DNA of 60,094 nt, filler included, from Nanobdellati archaeon (GCA_013152815.1; 4 parts of 4 records of this genome joined end to end with filler, not necessarily neighbours in it), one strand, 5' to 3'; positions 39,329 to 49,277 are shown, counted from the whole stretch's first letter. Translations and numbers: made by a program. Notes: generated by a model from the letters alone, not told the origin.

Positions 39329-40495
39329 ATGATTACCAACCGGATCGCCTCGGTCAGACCGTCGGCTACGATAGCACTCACTGCCCTCGCCAAGAGGATG
39401 AAGGCAGAGGGCAAGGATGTGCTGTCCTTCTGCGCAGGAGAACCAGACTTCTCGACACCAGAACATATCAAGGAGGCGGCCAAGAAGGCCATCGACGAGA
39501 ACTTCTCCTACTACACGCCGGCAGCAGGCATCGACAGCCTCAGGACAGCCATCGCAGCGAAACTGAAGAGAGAGAACCGCCTTGATTATGGAAAAGACCA
39601 GGTCATCGTCACGAACGGCGGCAAGCATGCCCTGTACAGCACGTACCAGACGCTGCTCAACCCGGGAGACGAGGCCATCATCATCTCGCCCTACTGGGTC
39701 AGCTATCGGGAGCAGATACAGATGGCCGAAGCAGTTCCTGTCGTGGTGGAGAGCGACGACGGATTCGGATTGGACCTGGACCTGCTCAGGAAGGCCTGGG
39801 GACCGAAGACAAGGCTCGTGACCCTTAACTCACCCTCAAACCCCAGCGGCGCGGTCCTGGACCGGAAAACGTTGCAGGCCATCGCAGACCAGGTCCTTGA
39901 ACAGGATGGCTTCGTCATCTCAGACGAGGTCTATGAGCATTTCCTCTATGACAGAGGACAGCCATCGTCCATCGCGTCCCTAGGGGACGAGATCAAGGAA
40001 AAGACCATCACCATCAACTCGGTCTCCAAGACCTATGCCATGACCGGCTGGAGGATCGGCTGGAGCGCCTCCAACGGGGAACTCGCCAAAGCCATGGGAG
40101 CGGCGCAGTCCCATACGACGAGCAATCCCAACTCCATCGCCCAGAAAGCTGCAGTGGCAGCCTATGAAGGGCCTCAGGAGAGCGTCAAGCAGATGAGAGA
40201 TGCCTTCGATGAACGCCGGAAGTATATGGTTAAAAGGCTCAATGAGATGGAGGGCGTCAGCTGCAGTCCTCCGAAGGGAGCGTTCTATTGCTTTCCTGAG
40301 GTCAAGGACGCCTATCCAGAGGGGATCAGGAACTCGATGGAGTTCTGCAAGCATCTGCTCGATGAGGCAAGGCTTGCTCTGGTGCCAGGAAGCGCCTTCG
40401 GCAGGGAACATCATGTAAGGATCAGCTACGCTGCCTCCCGGGAAGACATCGAAAAGGGCATGGACCGGCTTGAACGTTTCCTCGGCCGACGATAA
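39329..40495 (+). CDS. Class I/II PLP-dependent aminotransferase (aspartate aminotransferase-like)
   Basis: AGEPDF, NSPSNPSG, SDEVY and SKTYAMTGWRIG motifs. Confidence 0.95.
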   Translation: MITNRIASVRPSATIALTALAKRMKAEGKDVLSFCAGEPDFSTPEHIKEAAKKAIDENFSYYTPAAGIDSLRTAIAAKLKRENRLDYGKDQVIVTNGGKHALYSTYQTLLNPGDEAIIISPYWVSYREQIQMAEAVPVVVESDDGFGLDLDLLRKAWGPKTRLVTLNSPSNPSGAVLDRKTLQAIADQVLEQDGFVISDEVYEHFLYDRGQPSSIASLGDEIKEKTITINSVSKTYAMTGWRIGWSASNGELAKAMGAAQSHTTSNPNSIAQKAAVAAYEGPQESVKQMRDAFDERRKYMVKRLNEMEGVSCSPPKGAFYCFPEVKDAYPEGIRNSMEFCKHLLDEARLALVPGSAFGREHHVRISYAASREDIEKGMDRLERFLGRR

Positions 40496-40937
40496 AGCGA
40501 AGGAGGATGTCCTTTTTCTGCATCATTTATCTCTCTTCTGGTCTAACCAAATACATATAAAGGAAACCCCATTATCTGAGGCCACGGTGTTCCCTGAGAA
40601 CGCCATATATTCTGTGACCGAAATGAAAAACACCACGCGGGCAGGGATGAGGAAGCATCTTCCTAGCGTGGCTATCCTGCCGGTCATCTGCTACCTGTTC
40701 ATCTTCAACTGAACTGGGGTTTCCGGACGGTCTTGGAAACCCCCCTTAACCATCTAGCATGAGCGATACCAGGAAACACGAGACGAGGGGAGCGACATGG
40801 AAAACAAACAACACAGGGAGACAGACCAGGACGAATGGATAGAGCTTTGACGAAGACCAATGCCTGGAACCGGCAAAACAGATACATAGAAGACCTCTTT
40901 CTGCTAGGGTGTCCGCTCTTTCTCTTTGTAATGCCGC

Positions 40938-41184
40938 GGCTATCATGAAACCCTCTGCTTTTCTGCCAGATGCATGACCGTCTGTGCCATCACTGTCAGC
41001 ATTTCCGACTGAAAGGAGGACAATGATGGCATCCTCAAAGATTTCCAATCTTTGGGATCCCAAAAATCTTCGATTTTTGTGGATGGCCAGGCGACATCGA
41101 CGGGGTTCCTATGCATCGTAGAGGGTCCTCGTCGATGGAGTAGGGCAGGCATCTGGCATCTCTCTGCAGGGAGTCATAATAGCC
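40938..41184. mobile_element. MITE-like element, family 1, copy C (247 bp)
   Basis: Termini GGCTATCATGA...TCATAATAGCC; 9-bp flanks TAATGCCGC (40929-40937) / TAATGCTGC (41185-41193). Confidence 0.85.
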
Positions 41185-41241
41185 TAATGCTGCATAATGT
41201 TTAAATAGGCATCATCCTCAACCGCTCCGGAGGAAAGCATC

Positions 41242-42033
41242 ATGCGACCCAAGAAAGCGCTCATCATCTATATCGAGTTCGCGTCCCAGCCGAAGGAACA
41301 TCAGAAGACCGTGCGGGTCGTCAAGGAAACGCTCAAGGAGCACGGATGCGACTATCGCTTCATCCCCCGGAACCGCTTCAACAAGCGCAGGATGCGGGGA
41401 GCAGACATCATCATCACCGTCGGAGGAGACGGGACCTTCCTCTCTGTCGCACAGCAGAACGTCAAGGGCGTGCCCATGCTGGGAGTCAACTCCAACCCCC
41501 AGACAAAGGTAGGCTTCCTCTGCAACGCCGACCGCTTCGATTTCAAGAAGAAGTTCGAACGCATAAGCAAGAACAGGTTCAGGCTGGTCAAGCTTACCCG
41601 GCTGGAATGCAAGATAGGGCAGAAGGTCCTGGAACCCGCGCTCAACGAGATCTTCTTCGGCCATTCCAAGCCGTACAAGCTCTCCCGCTATACGCTCTAC
41701 ATCAACAAGAAAAGCGAGAAACAGCGGAGCTCTGGCATCATCGTCGGGACCGCAACAGGATCCAATGCCTGGCTGCGCTCTGCCGGCGCGAAGCCCATGA
41801 GACGGGATGCCACCCGGATGCAGCTCTTCGTCAGAGAGCCCCATAAAGGCCCGTTCATGAGATCCACCATGGTGAAGACCCTGCTCAGACCAAATGATGT
41901 CATCAGGATAAAATCACGGGAGAAGAACCAGATCGTCATCGCCGATTCGGTCGGTGTCGAGTACAAGGCAAGATACGGCGAATGGATCACCATACGGAGA
42001 AGCCCGCATCCCCTGCCGGTCATCTTCTTCTGA
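41242..42033 (+). CDS. nadK: NAD(+) kinase
   Basis: GGDGTFL, ALNE and TATGSNAW motifs. Confidence 0.9.
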   Translation: MRPKKALIIYIEFASQPKEHQKTVRVVKETLKEHGCDYRFIPRNRFNKRRMRGADIIITVGGDGTFLSVAQQNVKGVPMLGVNSNPQTKVGFLCNADRFDFKKKFERISKNRFRLVKLTRLECKIGQKVLEPALNEIFFGHSKPYKLSRYTLYINKKSEKQRSSGIIVGTATGSNAWLRSAGAKPMRRDATRMQLFVREPHKGPFMRSTMVKTLLRPNDVIRIKSREKNQIVIADSVGVEYKARYGEWITIRRSPHPLPVIFF

Positions 42034-42097
42034 TACCGCAGAAAAAAAGGATAAAAAACCGGACAGCATAGACATAGACAGGAAAGAAGGTGCATCA

Positions 42098-42973
42098 ATG
42101 GAAAAAGCGACCTACACGATCAAGACAGGACTTGCACGGATGCTCAAGGGAGGGGTCATCATGGACGTGGTGACCGCCGAACACGCGAAGATAGCAGAGG
42201 ACGCGGGAGCCGTGGCTGTCATGGCGCTGGAGCGGGTGCCCGCGGACATCAGAGCACAGGGCGGCGTCGCAAGGATGTCTGACCCGAAGCTCATCAAAGA
42301 CATCATGAAAGCCGTCTCGATCCCTGTCATGGCCAAGGTCAGGATAGGCCATTTCGCCGAAGCGCAGATCCTGGAAAGCTTGAAAGTTGATTTCATCGAC
42401 GAGAGCGAAGTTCTCACCCCTGCTGACAACAAGCGGCACATCAACAAACAGGAATTCAAGGTCCCCTTTGTCTGCGGAGCGACAAATCTTGGTGAAGCAT
42501 TGAGAAGGATTGACGAAGGCGCTGCCATGATCAGGACAAAGGGAGAGGCAGGGACCGGAAACATCGTCGAGGCGGTGACACACATACGAACAGTGAGGGA
42601 AGAGATAAGAAAGCTACGAAAAGCGAGACCTGACACGCTGAGAAGGGCAGCGAAAGAGATGCGCATCCCGTTGGTGCTCCTCAGACAGACACTCAGACAG
42701 GGAAGGCTTCCTGTCGTGGACTTCGCTGCCGGAGGCATCGCTACGCCTGCGGATGCGTCCCTCGTGATGCAGATGGGCGTGGACGGCATCTTTGTCGGAT
42801 CAGGCATCTTCAAGTCGAAGCAGCCGGCAAAGATGGCAAAGGCGATCGTCGAGGCGGTCGCCCATTTCCAGGACGCCAAGAAGCTCGCGGAAGTCTCTGA
42901 AGGTCTCGGTGAGGCCATGCCCGGCATCGAGATGGACAAGCTCGACGTCAAGATGGCCAAGCGTGGCTGGTAG
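42098..42973 (+). CDS. pdxS: PLP synthase lyase subunit
   Basis: [20 protein letters not shown] and [11 protein letters not shown] motifs. Confidence 0.97.
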   Translation: MEKATYTIKTGLARMLKGGVIMDVVTAEHAKIAEDAGAVAVMALERVPADIRAQGGVARMSDPKLIKDIMKAVSIPVMAKVRIGHFAEAQILESLKVDFIDESEVLTPADNKRHINKQEFKVPFVCGATNLGEALRRIDEGAAMIRTKGEAGTGNIVEAVTHIRTVREEIRKLRKARPDTLRRAAKEMRIPLVLLRQTLRQGRLPVVDFAAGGIATPADASLVMQMGVDGIFVGSGIFKSKQPAKMAKAIVEAVAHFQDAKKLAEVSEGLGEAMPGIEMDKLDVKMAKRGW

Positions 42974-42983
42974 GGAGAAAACA

Positions 42984-43571
42984 ATGAGGATCGGCGTTCT
43001 TGCCCTGCAGGGCGATGTTGTTGAGCATGAAGAAGTGCTTTCTTCTCTAGGTGTTGATGCGGAAGAGGTACGTACAAAGGAAGAGCTCTCTTCTGTCGAC
43101 GGGCTCATCATCCCCGGCGGCGAATCGACGACCCTGATGAAACTTCTGGAAAAGGAAGGGCTGGACAAGGCAATCGTTGTCAGGTACAAAGAAGGAATGC
43201 CGATCTTCGGCACCTGTGCAGGCGCCATACTGCTGGCGAAAGAGGTTGTGGGCAAAGGGGCGGGAAACAACCAATCAACCCTGAAGCTCATCGATATGAC
43301 AATCAAACGGAACGAGTATGGAAGGCAAGTCGACAGTTTTGAGACAGAGGTTGAACTGAAGGGAGACGTGAAACCATTGAAGGCCATCTTCATCAGGGCT
43401 CCTGTCATCGAAAGGGTCGGTCTTGAAGTTGAGCGGTTAGCAGAACTTGACGGCAGGGTTGTTGTGGCAAAATACAGGCATTGCCTTGTGGCGACGTTCC
43501 ACCCGGAGCTTGTCGGCGAGACCAGAGTGCATAAACTGTTTCTTGAGATGATCAAAGATAACCAGCAATAA
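42984..43571 (+). CDS. pdxT: PLP synthase glutaminase subunit
   Basis: GVLALQG, PGGESTT, GTCAG and FHPEL motifs. Confidence 0.96.
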   Translation: MRIGVLALQGDVVEHEEVLSSLGVDAEEVRTKEELSSVDGLIIPGGESTTLMKLLEKEGLDKAIVVRYKEGMPIFGTCAGAILLAKEVVGKGAGNNQSTLKLIDMTIKRNEYGRQVDSFETEVELKGDVKPLKAIFIRAPVIERVGLEVERLAELDGRVVVAKYRHCLVATFHPELVGETRVHKLFLEMIKDNQQ

Positions 43572-43817
43572 AATCGAAAAGTATTTATTGTCGTCGTGGT
43601 TAGCTACAAAAATCATGTTAAACGTAGCTAAGACCGAAAATGTATTTTCTTTTAGCTACTTTGTTTTCTAAGCCACACATCAGCCATAACCTTCAACGCT
43701 TTTCAGATACGGGTGAAACCTCTTTTCTGGTGAAGGGAAATCTGATGCAAGATTCTTGTTGATCTGACAACACCAATAATCACATACAGAAGATAGCGAC
43801 AGCTATCGGAGGAAAGA

Positions 43818-44456
43818 ATGAGTCGAAGCAAGAAAACACCCCCTTCAGCAAAAACCATCTGGAGGTATTTGAAAGGATATCCGCAATTACGTGTTGGCAT
43901 CTACCGCCACGATCTGCTTGATCTGGATAGGCTGCCTGAATTGTATCAGGAAACGACAGAAGCGATCAAAAACACGAAAGCATACCATGTTGCCTACATC
44001 GCACATGAGCAACTCGCTTCAGAGAAGAACATCATGGATCTGCTGCTCAAAGAAGCAATCAGCGAGGTTGAGAAAATTACACAATGGCCAACATCAATAG
44101 ACAGCAACGTCAGGAAGAGCGTTGCCTGGCTGCACCAGCTTATCGATGGCGAGTATTGCAGATATGACATCTTGCGACCCAGACTCGAAGCATTGGATGA
44201 ATATCAACAGCAGATCAATGAGATTGAAGCAACCCCGGAAAAGACAAAGGCGATGAAGGAAAGCTACCATCTGGTATATGCAACCATTCGCGCGATGGGC
44301 ATTGAAGACCCTGAAAGCATACGAGCGGTTGGAAGGGAAAAGAATCGAGAGATCGGCTTGCTTGTCGATGATGAAGGGGTCATCAATCCGGGAGTCTGGA
44401 AGGCATACCTCGTCCCGACCATGCGACGGGTGCAAAAACGTCTGCAGTACAGGTAA
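43818..44456 (+). CDS. Hypothetical helical protein
   Basis: 212-aa ORF with GGAGG RBS; no recognised motif. Confidence 0.6.
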   Translation: MSRSKKTPPSAKTIWRYLKGYPQLRVGIYRHDLLDLDRLPELYQETTEAIKNTKAYHVAYIAHEQLASEKNIMDLLLKEAISEVEKITQWPTSIDSNVRKSVAWLHQLIDGEYCRYDILRPRLEALDEYQQQINEIEATPEKTKAMKESYHLVYATIRAMGIEDPESIRAVGREKNREIGLLVDDEGVINPGVWKAYLVPTMRRVQKRLQYR

Positions 44457-44527
44457 TGCGTGCCATAGCAGATGATTTGTTTTCTTTTTTATTTTACATT
44501 ATGAAAGAAAATGCAGGCACGCCTATG

Positions 44528-44992
44528 TTATTCCTGAGAGAGATATGCGATTTTCTCATGGGGATATATGTGCAGAGAAAAGTTATTGATAGATAAAAAA
44601 TCCATTCCAAGAATAGAAGGCAGGGTCTCTGCTATTTTTCGTTTCCGTTCAGAGGTTTTTTTAGTCAATAAAGCCCCCAAAATTACTTTTATATTGATAT
44701 GGTCTGTCTTATTCTCCTTGAGCATGAGAAGATTGATTGGTGGCAGTTCGGTTTTATCGAAATCTGAGCCACCAAATTGAATGCGACCCATTGAACGGCG
44801 ATTTTTCATCGGTATTTGGAGTTGCAGAACATCCTTGTAACTTAAAAAGCTAAAATTGCTTCCGGTATCAATGACAAATTCATGAAAAGGAACATGTAAT
44901 CGTAGCTTCTTACAGACAAGTGCGGTCGTCAGAACAAGTCTTCCCTCAATGATAAGGAGAGGTATTCGTGATTTCATGAGTGGCATAAACAA
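44528..44992 (-). CDS. Retropepsin-like aspartic protease
   Basis: FVIDTGS and ILGMDFL motifs. Confidence 0.8.
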   Translation of the reverse strand: MFMPLMKSRIPLLIIEGRLVLTTALVCKKLRLHVPFHEFVIDTGSNFSFLSYKDVLQLQIPMKNRRSMGRIQFGGSDFDKTELPPINLLMLKENKTDHINIKVILGALLTKKTSERKRKIAETLPSILGMDFLSINNFSLHIYPHEKIAYLSQE

Positions 44993-44997
44993 GTGAA

Positions 44998-45240
44998 CTA
45001 AAGGATCGCGTCAATTTTTGAAATAAATTTAATTATCACAGATGCAGGATCAATCTTTTTTTGTTTAAGTTTTCTGATAATCCCTTCCATTCGGGAATCA
45101 GTGTCAATAATTTTTTTCTCATTTATTGCAATAAATTCATCATGATACTCGTTTTTTAAATTACTTAGTTCCTGATTATACCATTCCAAATCTTCATTGC
45201 GTAGTTTTAGAATTGATAAAAGGTCTGCATATTGTGCCAT
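44998..45240 (-). CDS. DUF5678-like small protein
   Basis: W......L..EY.DEFIAI...KII pattern; directly upstream of the protease gene. Confidence 0.7.
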   Translation of the reverse strand: MAQYADLLSILKLRNEDLEWYNQELSNLKNEYHDEFIAINEKKIIDTDSRMEGIIRKLKQKKIDPASVIIKFISKIDAIL

Positions 45241-45307
45241 AAATTTATCGAAGATATTAACATTTTTAAAGTTTTACACAAAAAAAGCGAAAAAAATACG
45301 AGAAAAT

Positions 45308-45577
45308 GCAGGCACGTCCCTGGATGAGAACATGCACATACGAGAGCTACCTCGGCCCTTCCTCAGCTTCGCGACCCTCTGAGCACCCTCATACAAGGTT
45401 AACGCTGCTCGGTTCCCCGCCTGACGTGGTTCCCCTGCACAAGCATCCCAAAGGACAAAGCCTCAACGTCCGGGTCAAGACCCTGCATATGAAACATATC
45501 CTGCTCCAGGGACTTCGGTCCCACCGTGAAGCCGGTTTGCAGCGACAGGAGACGGCTATCCTCCCGACCTAGCCTGC
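45308..45577 (-). ncRNA. ffs: Archaeal signal recognition particle (7S) RNA
   Basis: Helix-8 motif ACGTCAGGCGGGGAACCGAGCAGCGT; terminal helix GCAGGC/GCCTGC; Alu-like 5' GGCTAGGTCGGGAGG; upstream TATA. Confidence 0.92.
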
Positions 45578-45650
45578 GGGGCTTGCTAAGGTCAGGCGCT
45601 TTTTAAAGGTATCCCAAAAGGCTTATTAAGTTTATAAATAACCTAACGTC

Positions 45651-46448
45651 ATGGCGGACAAACGAGGAAAACTCACCTTCCTGGGGACCGGCGGAGACGG
45701 CATCGTCATCGGCAAACAGATCCTGGCATCAGGAGGGATCATCTTCCAGTATGGGGATACGCAGCTCCATATCGACCCGGGACCAGGAAGTCTGGTCAAG
45801 GCAAAGCAGCACAAGATAAACCTGCGGGAGACCACCTGCATCCTCGCTTCCCAGAATTCGCTCTTCAGGACGGGCGATGTGAACGCGGCCATCGCGGCGA
45901 TGACCCACCATGGCCTGGACAAGAGAGGTGTGCTCATCTGCAACGAGACGCTCTACAGGGGCGCCGAAGGATTCCAGACCTATCTCAACAAGAACGAAAG
46001 GGAGATGGTGGAACGTGCCCTGTCGGTGCGCCCAGGACAGAAAATCGGCATCAATGACGTGGACATCTCCATCCTGAGAAGCTACCAGAAAGACCCGAAC
46101 GCCCTCGGTTTCAGGATAGTTGCCGACGGAAAATCCATAGGGATCCCCTGCGAGACCATCCTCGATACCGGACTCTTCGAATCGTATAAAGGAGTCGACC
46201 TCCTCATCCTCAACGTCCGCATGCCTGGAAACCTGCAGGAAGAAGGAGCCATGAATACCCGGGACGCAACAACACTGCTGAAGAAACTCAGGCCAAAGAC
46301 CTGCCTCATCACCGGATTCGGCATCAAGATGGTGGATGCAGATCCCCGGGAAGAGGCGAGAAGCATCGGCAGGGAATCAGGTGTCCATGTGGAGGCTGTC
46401 AGCGACGGCCAGAAGTTCTCTGTCGACGAGATGCTGCAGTCACTCTGA
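45651..46448 (+). CDS. Metallo-beta-lactamase-fold protein lacking the canonical metal ligands
   Basis: FLGTGG and HIDPGPG are present, but the HxHxDH position reads QNSLFR. Confidence 0.8.
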   Translation: MADKRGKLTFLGTGGDGIVIGKQILASGGIIFQYGDTQLHIDPGPGSLVKAKQHKINLRETTCILASQNSLFRTGDVNAAIAAMTHHGLDKRGVLICNETLYRGAEGFQTYLNKNEREMVERALSVRPGQKIGINDVDISILRSYQKDPNALGFRIVADGKSIGIPCETILDTGLFESYKGVDLLILNVRMPGNLQEEGAMNTRDATTLLKKLRPKTCLITGFGIKMVDADPREEARSIGRESGVHVEAVSDGQKFSVDEMLQSL

Positions 46449-46503
46449 AATATCCTGAAAGCAAGATTGCGGGATTGCAGCGAGATTGTTTTCTTGATAG
46501 GGT

Positions 46504-47472
46504 TTAAAGAAGCAGGGTGAACAGATACCCCGCCACACAACCGATGCTGATGGCCGGCATTGCAGGATAGAACTTCCCTTTCTTCGCGGTCAGGAGCAAC
46601 CAGGACAGGCCGATGGTCGCAGTGATGACCACGATGAAGGCAGCAAAGAAACTTCCGGTCGTCTTCAGGAGCGCGCCTGTGAAGAGCAACGGAAAGGCTA
46701 TGTCTCCGCCGCCGAGGACTGCCGTGGCACCTGATGGAGCGTTCCCTGCTTTATCCTTCTTTGTCATCAGACGTCTCGCTTGCGGCAGAGGCACATTCGC
46801 AGCAGGACGTCTTGCGATTTTGGTTTGCTGTCTGCCATAGGGCATGAACAGGCCGGCAAAGACCTTTGACTCGGTCTGGAACTCGGCCATCCTGACCATG
46901 TGCTTGGACTTGTTGACAGCGAAGATGTCGTAGAGCGAGATGGACAGCAGGAGAAAGAAGGCAGAGAAGACATTGATGATGGGGACGAGAAGGGCAGCTA
47001 TTCCGCCGTAGATGAAGAGCTCGGTGAAGTTATGGACCCATACGTTCGGCCGGAAGACTTTCCACAGCCCCAGAAAGAGAGCGATGACAAAGGTGATGGT
47101 CAAAGCATCATTGCTGATTCCCGGAGCGATGCTTGTGAGTGCCTTCCGGATAAAGGGAAAGAAGCCCAGCGAGAGGCTGATGACCACGCTCAGCAGGAAC
47201 CAGAGTTTCCAGAACCGCCGTCTCTTGAACTTCACCAGCAGGAGGATGATGGCCGTCCCGAAGAGCACCAGGAGCATGATGAAGATGAAGGAGAAGGATT
47301 CATCTTCCACACGGGGAGGCTCGATGAAATACTGCTCCTCATGGAGCACGGTCATGCCGGAAGCAGAAGATGCCTCGATATTGACATACTGGGAGATGAT
47401 GAGCAGGCCCATGAGCTGCGCTGCAAAGAAGGCGAGGATGAGGAAGAGCGTTATCCAGGGAGTGTGCTTCAT
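46504..47472 (-). CDS. Presenilin/signal-peptide-peptidase family intramembrane aspartyl protease
   Basis: YD, LGGGD and PAMP motifs; multiple TMs. Confidence 0.92.
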   Translation of the reverse strand: MKHTPWITLFLILAFFAAQLMGLLIISQYVNIEASSASGMTVLHEEQYFIEPPRVEDESFSFIFIMLLVLFGTAIILLLVKFKRRRFWKLWFLLSVVISLSLGFFPFIRKALTSIAPGISNDALTITFVIALFLGLWKVFRPNVWVHNFTELFIYGGIAALLVPIINVFSAFFLLLSISLYDIFAVNKSKHMVRMAEFQTESKVFAGLFMPYGRQQTKIARRPAANVPLPQARRLMTKKDKAGNAPSGATAVLGGGDIAFPLLFTGALLKTTGSFFAAFIVVITATIGLSWLLLTAKKGKFYPAMPAISIGCVAGYLFTLLL

Positions 47473-47649
47473 GGACGTGAGGAAACCTGACGGGTATAAA
47501 AGGGTTTAGGAGCTGAAGAAACACGCCGAAGATTCCCAGGATCCGCAGCCCATAAAAGCTAATATTTTAAAAGTTGACCATGATATTTCAACCACGGTCT
47601 TAATAGGATGCTTGTCTTTATAATGTTGCCAGCATTATATGTTGCTCAG

Positions 47650-48108
47650 ATGAAATGCCTGCATAACGTCATCATCACGGTCTTTGAGAAAGATAAGGAC
47701 CGAGAGGAACAGGTCATCAAGACCTTGCATGATCTCATCCCCTTCGACTGGAAACAGGAGAAGATACAGCTCAAGCAGGAGAACGCCAAAGGCATTGAAG
47801 GGGACCACATCAGTATCTTCAGGGTGCGGCTTGAGAAACAGCGGCACCTCCGGACAGGGGTAGACCACCTGAAGGACCGGCTGGGACCGGCTCAAGTCAA
47901 CCGGCTCAACAAGGAGAAAGTGTCAAGGCTCGACGGGACGCTGCATTTCTATCTGCGACTGGACAAGAAGGAACTGGAAGACGGCAACTATGTCCTTACG
48001 GATTCTGGAGACTGTTATCATATCAGGATGAGCATCGCTGCGTATCCGAAAAGTATGAGTGCGGGCCTCAGGGTCATCGACGGTCTGTTTCCCGGACAAA
48101 AAGCGTGA
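47650..48108 (+). CDS. Archaeal RNA-binding domain protein (DUF54-like)
   Basis: G..G..I, FYLRLDK and D...I..SIAAYP pattern. Confidence 0.75.
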   Translation: MKCLHNVIITVFEKDKDREEQVIKTLHDLIPFDWKQEKIQLKQENAKGIEGDHISIFRVRLEKQRHLRTGVDHLKDRLGPAQVNRLNKEKVSRLDGTLHFYLRLDKKELEDGNYVLTDSGDCYHIRMSIAAYPKSMSAGLRVIDGLFPGQKA

Positions 48109-48164
48109 CGAATGAGACAAGTTCTCCATTATCTTTATAAAGTCCCTGTCCTCTTTCTGCTGCA

Positions 48165-49277
48165 ATGGCATTCAAAGTCACCCCCTGGGAAGTCTCCGGA
48201 GATGTCGACTACGACAAGCTCATCAAGCAGTTCGGCACCGAACGCATCGATGACGCACTGCTCAGAAGGATACAGAAGCACAGCGGCAGGCTTCACCATT
48301 TCCTGCGGAGACGGCTTTTCTTCTCTCACAGGGATATGAACTGGCTCATTGACCAGCATGAGAAAGGGCGGGAATGGGCGCTCTACACCGGCAGGGGACC
48401 TTCGGGCCACACCCACCTCGGACATCTCATCCCCTGGATGTTCACCAAATGGCTCTCAGACACCTTCAATGTCCCGCTCTACTTCCAGCTCACTGATGAT
48501 GAAAAATTCCTCTTCAAAGAGACGCTCTCGCTCGAAGAGGCCAACGGCTTTGCCCACGAGAATGCCCTGGACATGATAGCCCTGGGATTTTCCCCGAAAA
48601 GGCTGAAGATCCTCATCGACACCGAACACGCCGGACTCATGTATCCAGAGGCCATCAGGGTAGCCAAAAAGATCACCTACTCGACCACCAAGGCCGTGTT
48701 CGGCTTCACCAACGACACCAACATCGGACAGATCTTCTACACGAGCATGCAGGCTGTCCCGGCCATGATCCCCAGCATCCTCGCCGGCAAGAAGGTGCCT
48801 GTCCTCATCCCCCATGCCATCGACCAGGACCCTCATTTCCGTGTCGCCAGAGATGTATTGCCGAAGATCGGCTACGAGAAACCGGCATCGATCCACTGCA
48901 GGTTCCTTCCGGCATTGTACGAAGGCGGAAAGATGAGCGCCTCGGTCAGCCACACGGCAATCTATACCACAGATACCGCCAAGCAGGTCAGGGACAAGGT
49001 CAACAAGTATGCTTTTTCAGGAGGAAGAGCGACGGTGGAAGAGCACAGGAAGAAAGGAGGCGACCCGGACATCGATGTTTCGTTCCAGTACCTGACCTAT
49101 TTCGAAGAGGATGACAAGAGACTCCAGAGCATCCGTGACGATTATGAATCTGGGAAGATGCTCTCCGGAGAGCTCAAGGCGATACTCATCGAGAAACTGA
49201 ACAGGTTCCTCGTGAAGCACCAGGAGAAGAGGGAAAAGGCCAGGACCCGACTGGACAAGTACCTGCTGAAGGCCTGA
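48165..49277 (+). CDS. trpS: Tryptophan-tRNA ligase (archaeal type)
   Basis: VTPWEV, YTGRGPS, HLGH, DQDPHFR and KMSAS motifs. Confidence 0.97.
   Translation: MAFKVTPWEVSGDVDYDKLIKQFGTERIDDALLRRIQKHSGRLHHFLRRRLFFSHRDMNWLIDQHEKGREWALYTGRGPSGHTHLGHLIPWMFTKWLSDTFNVPLYFQLTDDEKFLFKETLSLEEANGFAHENALDMIALGFSPKRLKILIDTEHAGLMYPEAIRVAKKITYSTTKAVFGFTNDTNIGQIFYTSMQAVPAMIPSILAGKKVPVLIPHAIDQDPHFRVARDVLPKIGYEKPASIHCRFLPALYEGGKMSASVSHTAIYTTDTAKQVRDKVNKYAFSGGRATVEEHRKKGGDPDIDVSFQYLTYFEEDDKRLQSIRDDYESGKMLSGELKAILIEKLNRFLVKHQEKREKARTRLDKYLLKA

Larger units (their letters stand above)
44506..45316. mobile_element. AT-rich islet bounded by a 16-bp direct repeat of the SRP RNA 3' end
   Basis: AGAAAATGCAGGCACG at 44506-44521 and 45301-45316; interior is visibly more AT-rich than the flanks. 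Confidence 0.75.

Noticed and set aside
40496..40930. ~430-bp gap with a short hydrophobic ORF and a GGGGTTTCC/GGAAACCCC hairpin
   Set aside because: Could be a gene remnant, but there is no recognisable homology to support a call.
42112..43555. Long antisense ORFs over pdxS/pdxT, and similar ones over fbp, aldolase, smc and minD
   Set aside because: Shadow frames of well-supported genes, expected from the codon bias.
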